Positions 18,445 to 20,077 of a stretch of DNA of 20,077 nucleotides are shown here, piece by piece. The DNA lies in NCBI GenBank assembly GCA_003707115.1, contig PPNB01000031.1:62001-82077 (forward strand). Reading direction: 5' to 3'. A program made the position numbers and the translations under genes. This stretch comes from Tortispora ganteri (Eukaryota). Numbering within the stretch: the first letter of the stretch is position 1; the number at the start of each line of letters is the position of its first letter. Below the pieces are notes generated by a model that ran no database searches, was not told the origin of the DNA, and was given only the letters and a program-made list of their open reading frames with translations.

Positions 18445-20077
18445 TTATCTGCCTTTAGGAAGGGGATCAATATCTGTCGATCCTCGAACAGAAATATCAG
18501 TACCAAAATCCAAAACAGCCGAACCTTGTCCAGCATATTGACCACTCGTGATCAGAGGTATAGCTATAATGATAAACCGCAGTGGATACCATAGGTTTCT
18601 TTGCATGTCGACGGATATGATATTTGCTCCTATCGGTGAAGGGACATCAATTTTATTGGTAAAGGATATGTTCGCAACCGTGCCGTCTTCGCCTATTTCG
18701 TTCATGCTATTGCAGGTCATTCCTAAGGGCCCTAACATGATATAACTCAAAATTTTATAGTCACTGAACTCTTCGGTTATATATGGTGTAGTGACTGATA
18801 ATGTAAGGTTGGTAATAGAATCCTGGAGAGAGACATAGGCCAACAATTCATTAAAAAAAATTTTATAAGTAACCATAGTTGAGTACGAGCACAGGATATT
18901 TATATGAATTCTGCTAGCGTGTATTGTCGCCGTCATTCGGGATATTGGATATCTTCTGTATATTCCATTAACAATGTCGCTGAATGAAGGCTCCAGATTT
19001 GTAGAGGTAACATAGGCTTGCATAAAAGCGACGTCTTCCGAGTAAGCTACTTTGCTGCAGGCATTTAAAGCCGAGTCAGAACTCGATAGTGGGATTTGAG
19101 AGCTTGTGACAGAGCTGGTACTGGATAAAGGTATTGAAGAAACAGGAGCAGAGGAGCTTTCCGAACTAGAGACAACAGAACTTCCTGAACTAGAGACAAC
19201 TGAACTCTTAGAGCTAGAGGCGCTGGATATAACAGAGCTAAGAGAACTTGCAAGACTAAGTGAGCTGACAGCACTACTCGCTGAAGGAGAACTAGGCGAA
19301 ACTGAAGGAATAATTAAGCTGCTTGATTTAGTCGAGTTCACATAGATAGATGAGTCAGTTGAACTCAATTCGGTATAAGAGCTAACATGACTAAAGGAGC
19401 TAAATGAAGTTTCAGGGTTCACTGAGCTAACTGAGCTTGTAGAACTCTGTGCTAATTCACCAACGATATCATATTGGCCAGTCATGTCAACAAACAGTTG
19501 TCCAACTTGCCGTTTTCTACCATTCTCAATAGCATGTAGAACAACTATTCTTATCGGATACCATTGACCGGTGAAATTCAGGTTAATATTCCAACCGCCG
19601 TCCAAGTATCCTTGATATACTTGCCCTCCAGAACCAATCTCATGTATATCATTGCATGACATTGCAGATTGGCCAATAAATATATATCCATATGCGGGTT
19701 CAACAGTGGAAAGAAGCTGTGAAATCTCAAATGTACCACTCGCATAAAACATTACTTCGATTAAAGGTTGATAAAGCATTTCTTCAACAAGTATTCCAAA
19801 ACTTTCGATTGATGTATCAAGAGGGGTAGATACAACTGCTCGATACTCACCATTAGCAATATATTCAAAATCTCTATTATCGGTATAATATGCAGCAGCA
19901 TATACCACACCAGCAGTGTATGGTGGAATAGAAACACACAGGTCTGAATCAAATGATTGTGTTGTAGTTGTAGTACTTGTTGTAGTACTAGTGGGTACAC
20001 TAGTTGTAGTACTAGTTGTAGTACTAGGGGGCACAATTGTATCAGTTGAACCAATTGTAGAAGTGACGACGGTCACT
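18445..20077 (-). CDS. Ser/Thr-rich cell-surface adhesin/flocculin-like protein with two PA14/GLEYA-like domains (5'-truncated by the window edge)
   Basis: Open frame runs off the window. Thr-rich TTTS repeats, a Ser-rich linker, and two homologous domains containing WYPIRIV and WYPLRFI. Stop TAA at 18445-18447. Confidence 0.8.
   Translation of the reverse strand, partial: VTVVTSTIGSTDTIVPPSTTTSTTTSVPTSTTTSTTTTTQSFDSDLCVSIPPYTAGVVYAAAYYTDNRDFEYIANGEYRAVVSTPLDTSIESFGILVEEMLYQPLIEVMFYASGTFEISQLLSTVEPAYGYIFIGQSAMSCNDIHEIGSGGQVYQGYLDGGWNINLNFTGQWYPIRIVVLHAIENGRKRQVGQLFVDMTGQYDIVGELAQSSTSSVSSVNPETSFSSFSHVSSYTELSSTDSSIYVNSTKSSSLIIPSVSPSSPSASSAVSSLSLASSLSSVISSASSSKSSVVSSSGSSVVSSSESSSAPVSSIPLSSTSSVTSSQIPLSSSDSALNACSKVAYSEDVAFMQAYVTSTNLEPSFSDIVNGIYRRYPISRMTATIHASRIHINILCSYSTMVTYKIFFNELLAYVSLQDSITNLTLSVTTPYITEEFSDYKILSYIMLGPLGMTCNSMNEIGEDGTVANISFTNKIDVPSPIGANIISVDMQRNLWYPLRFIIIAIPLITSGQYAGQGSAVLDFGTDISVRGSTDIDPLPKGR
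19960..20026 (-). repeat. Coding minisatellite (12-nt unit AGTACTACAACT = STTT)
   Basis: Repeated actagttgtagt / acttgttgtagt units on the + strand. A second 24-nt duplication (SSVVSSSG/SSVVSSSE) lies at about 19164-19210. Confidence 0.75.

Noticed and set aside
1..20077. Mobile elements, CRISPR arrays or prokaryotic operons
   Set aside because: No transposase, RT or LTR signatures and no repeat-spacer array; spliceosomal introns and gene content are fungal.

Overview
Gene-dense budding-yeast (Saccharomycotina) chromosomal window. The short introns with TACTAAC-type branch points and the compact proteins suggest a Dipodascales/Trichomonascaceae-like yeast, which is an inference. Contents in order: a tandem pair of fungal Zn-alcohol dehydrogenases (one with a mitochondrial-type presequence, one cytosolic, partly homogenised at the DNA level); SCJ1 (1 intron); a probable decayed 7TM gene followed by an intact orphan 7TM gene; GTR1 (1 intron); SEN2, whose 5'-UTR intron hosts a box C/D snoRNA matching snR79; an HGT1-type sugar transporter with a ~2 kb Mig1/Rgt1-site-rich upstream region; tRNA-Pro(UGG) with an unusual D-loop; LCL2; RPS6 (1 intron); BET4; a PRS2/3/4-type PRPP synthetase; KTI11/DPH3; and the 3' part of a Ser/Thr-rich adhesin-like gene with two duplicated PA14/GLEYA-like domains and no GPI signal. 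The main signals missed by the ORF track are the intronic snoRNA, the 7TM pseudogene, the ADH gene-conversion mosaic and the shared RCCCTAA+CAGTCA promoter module.
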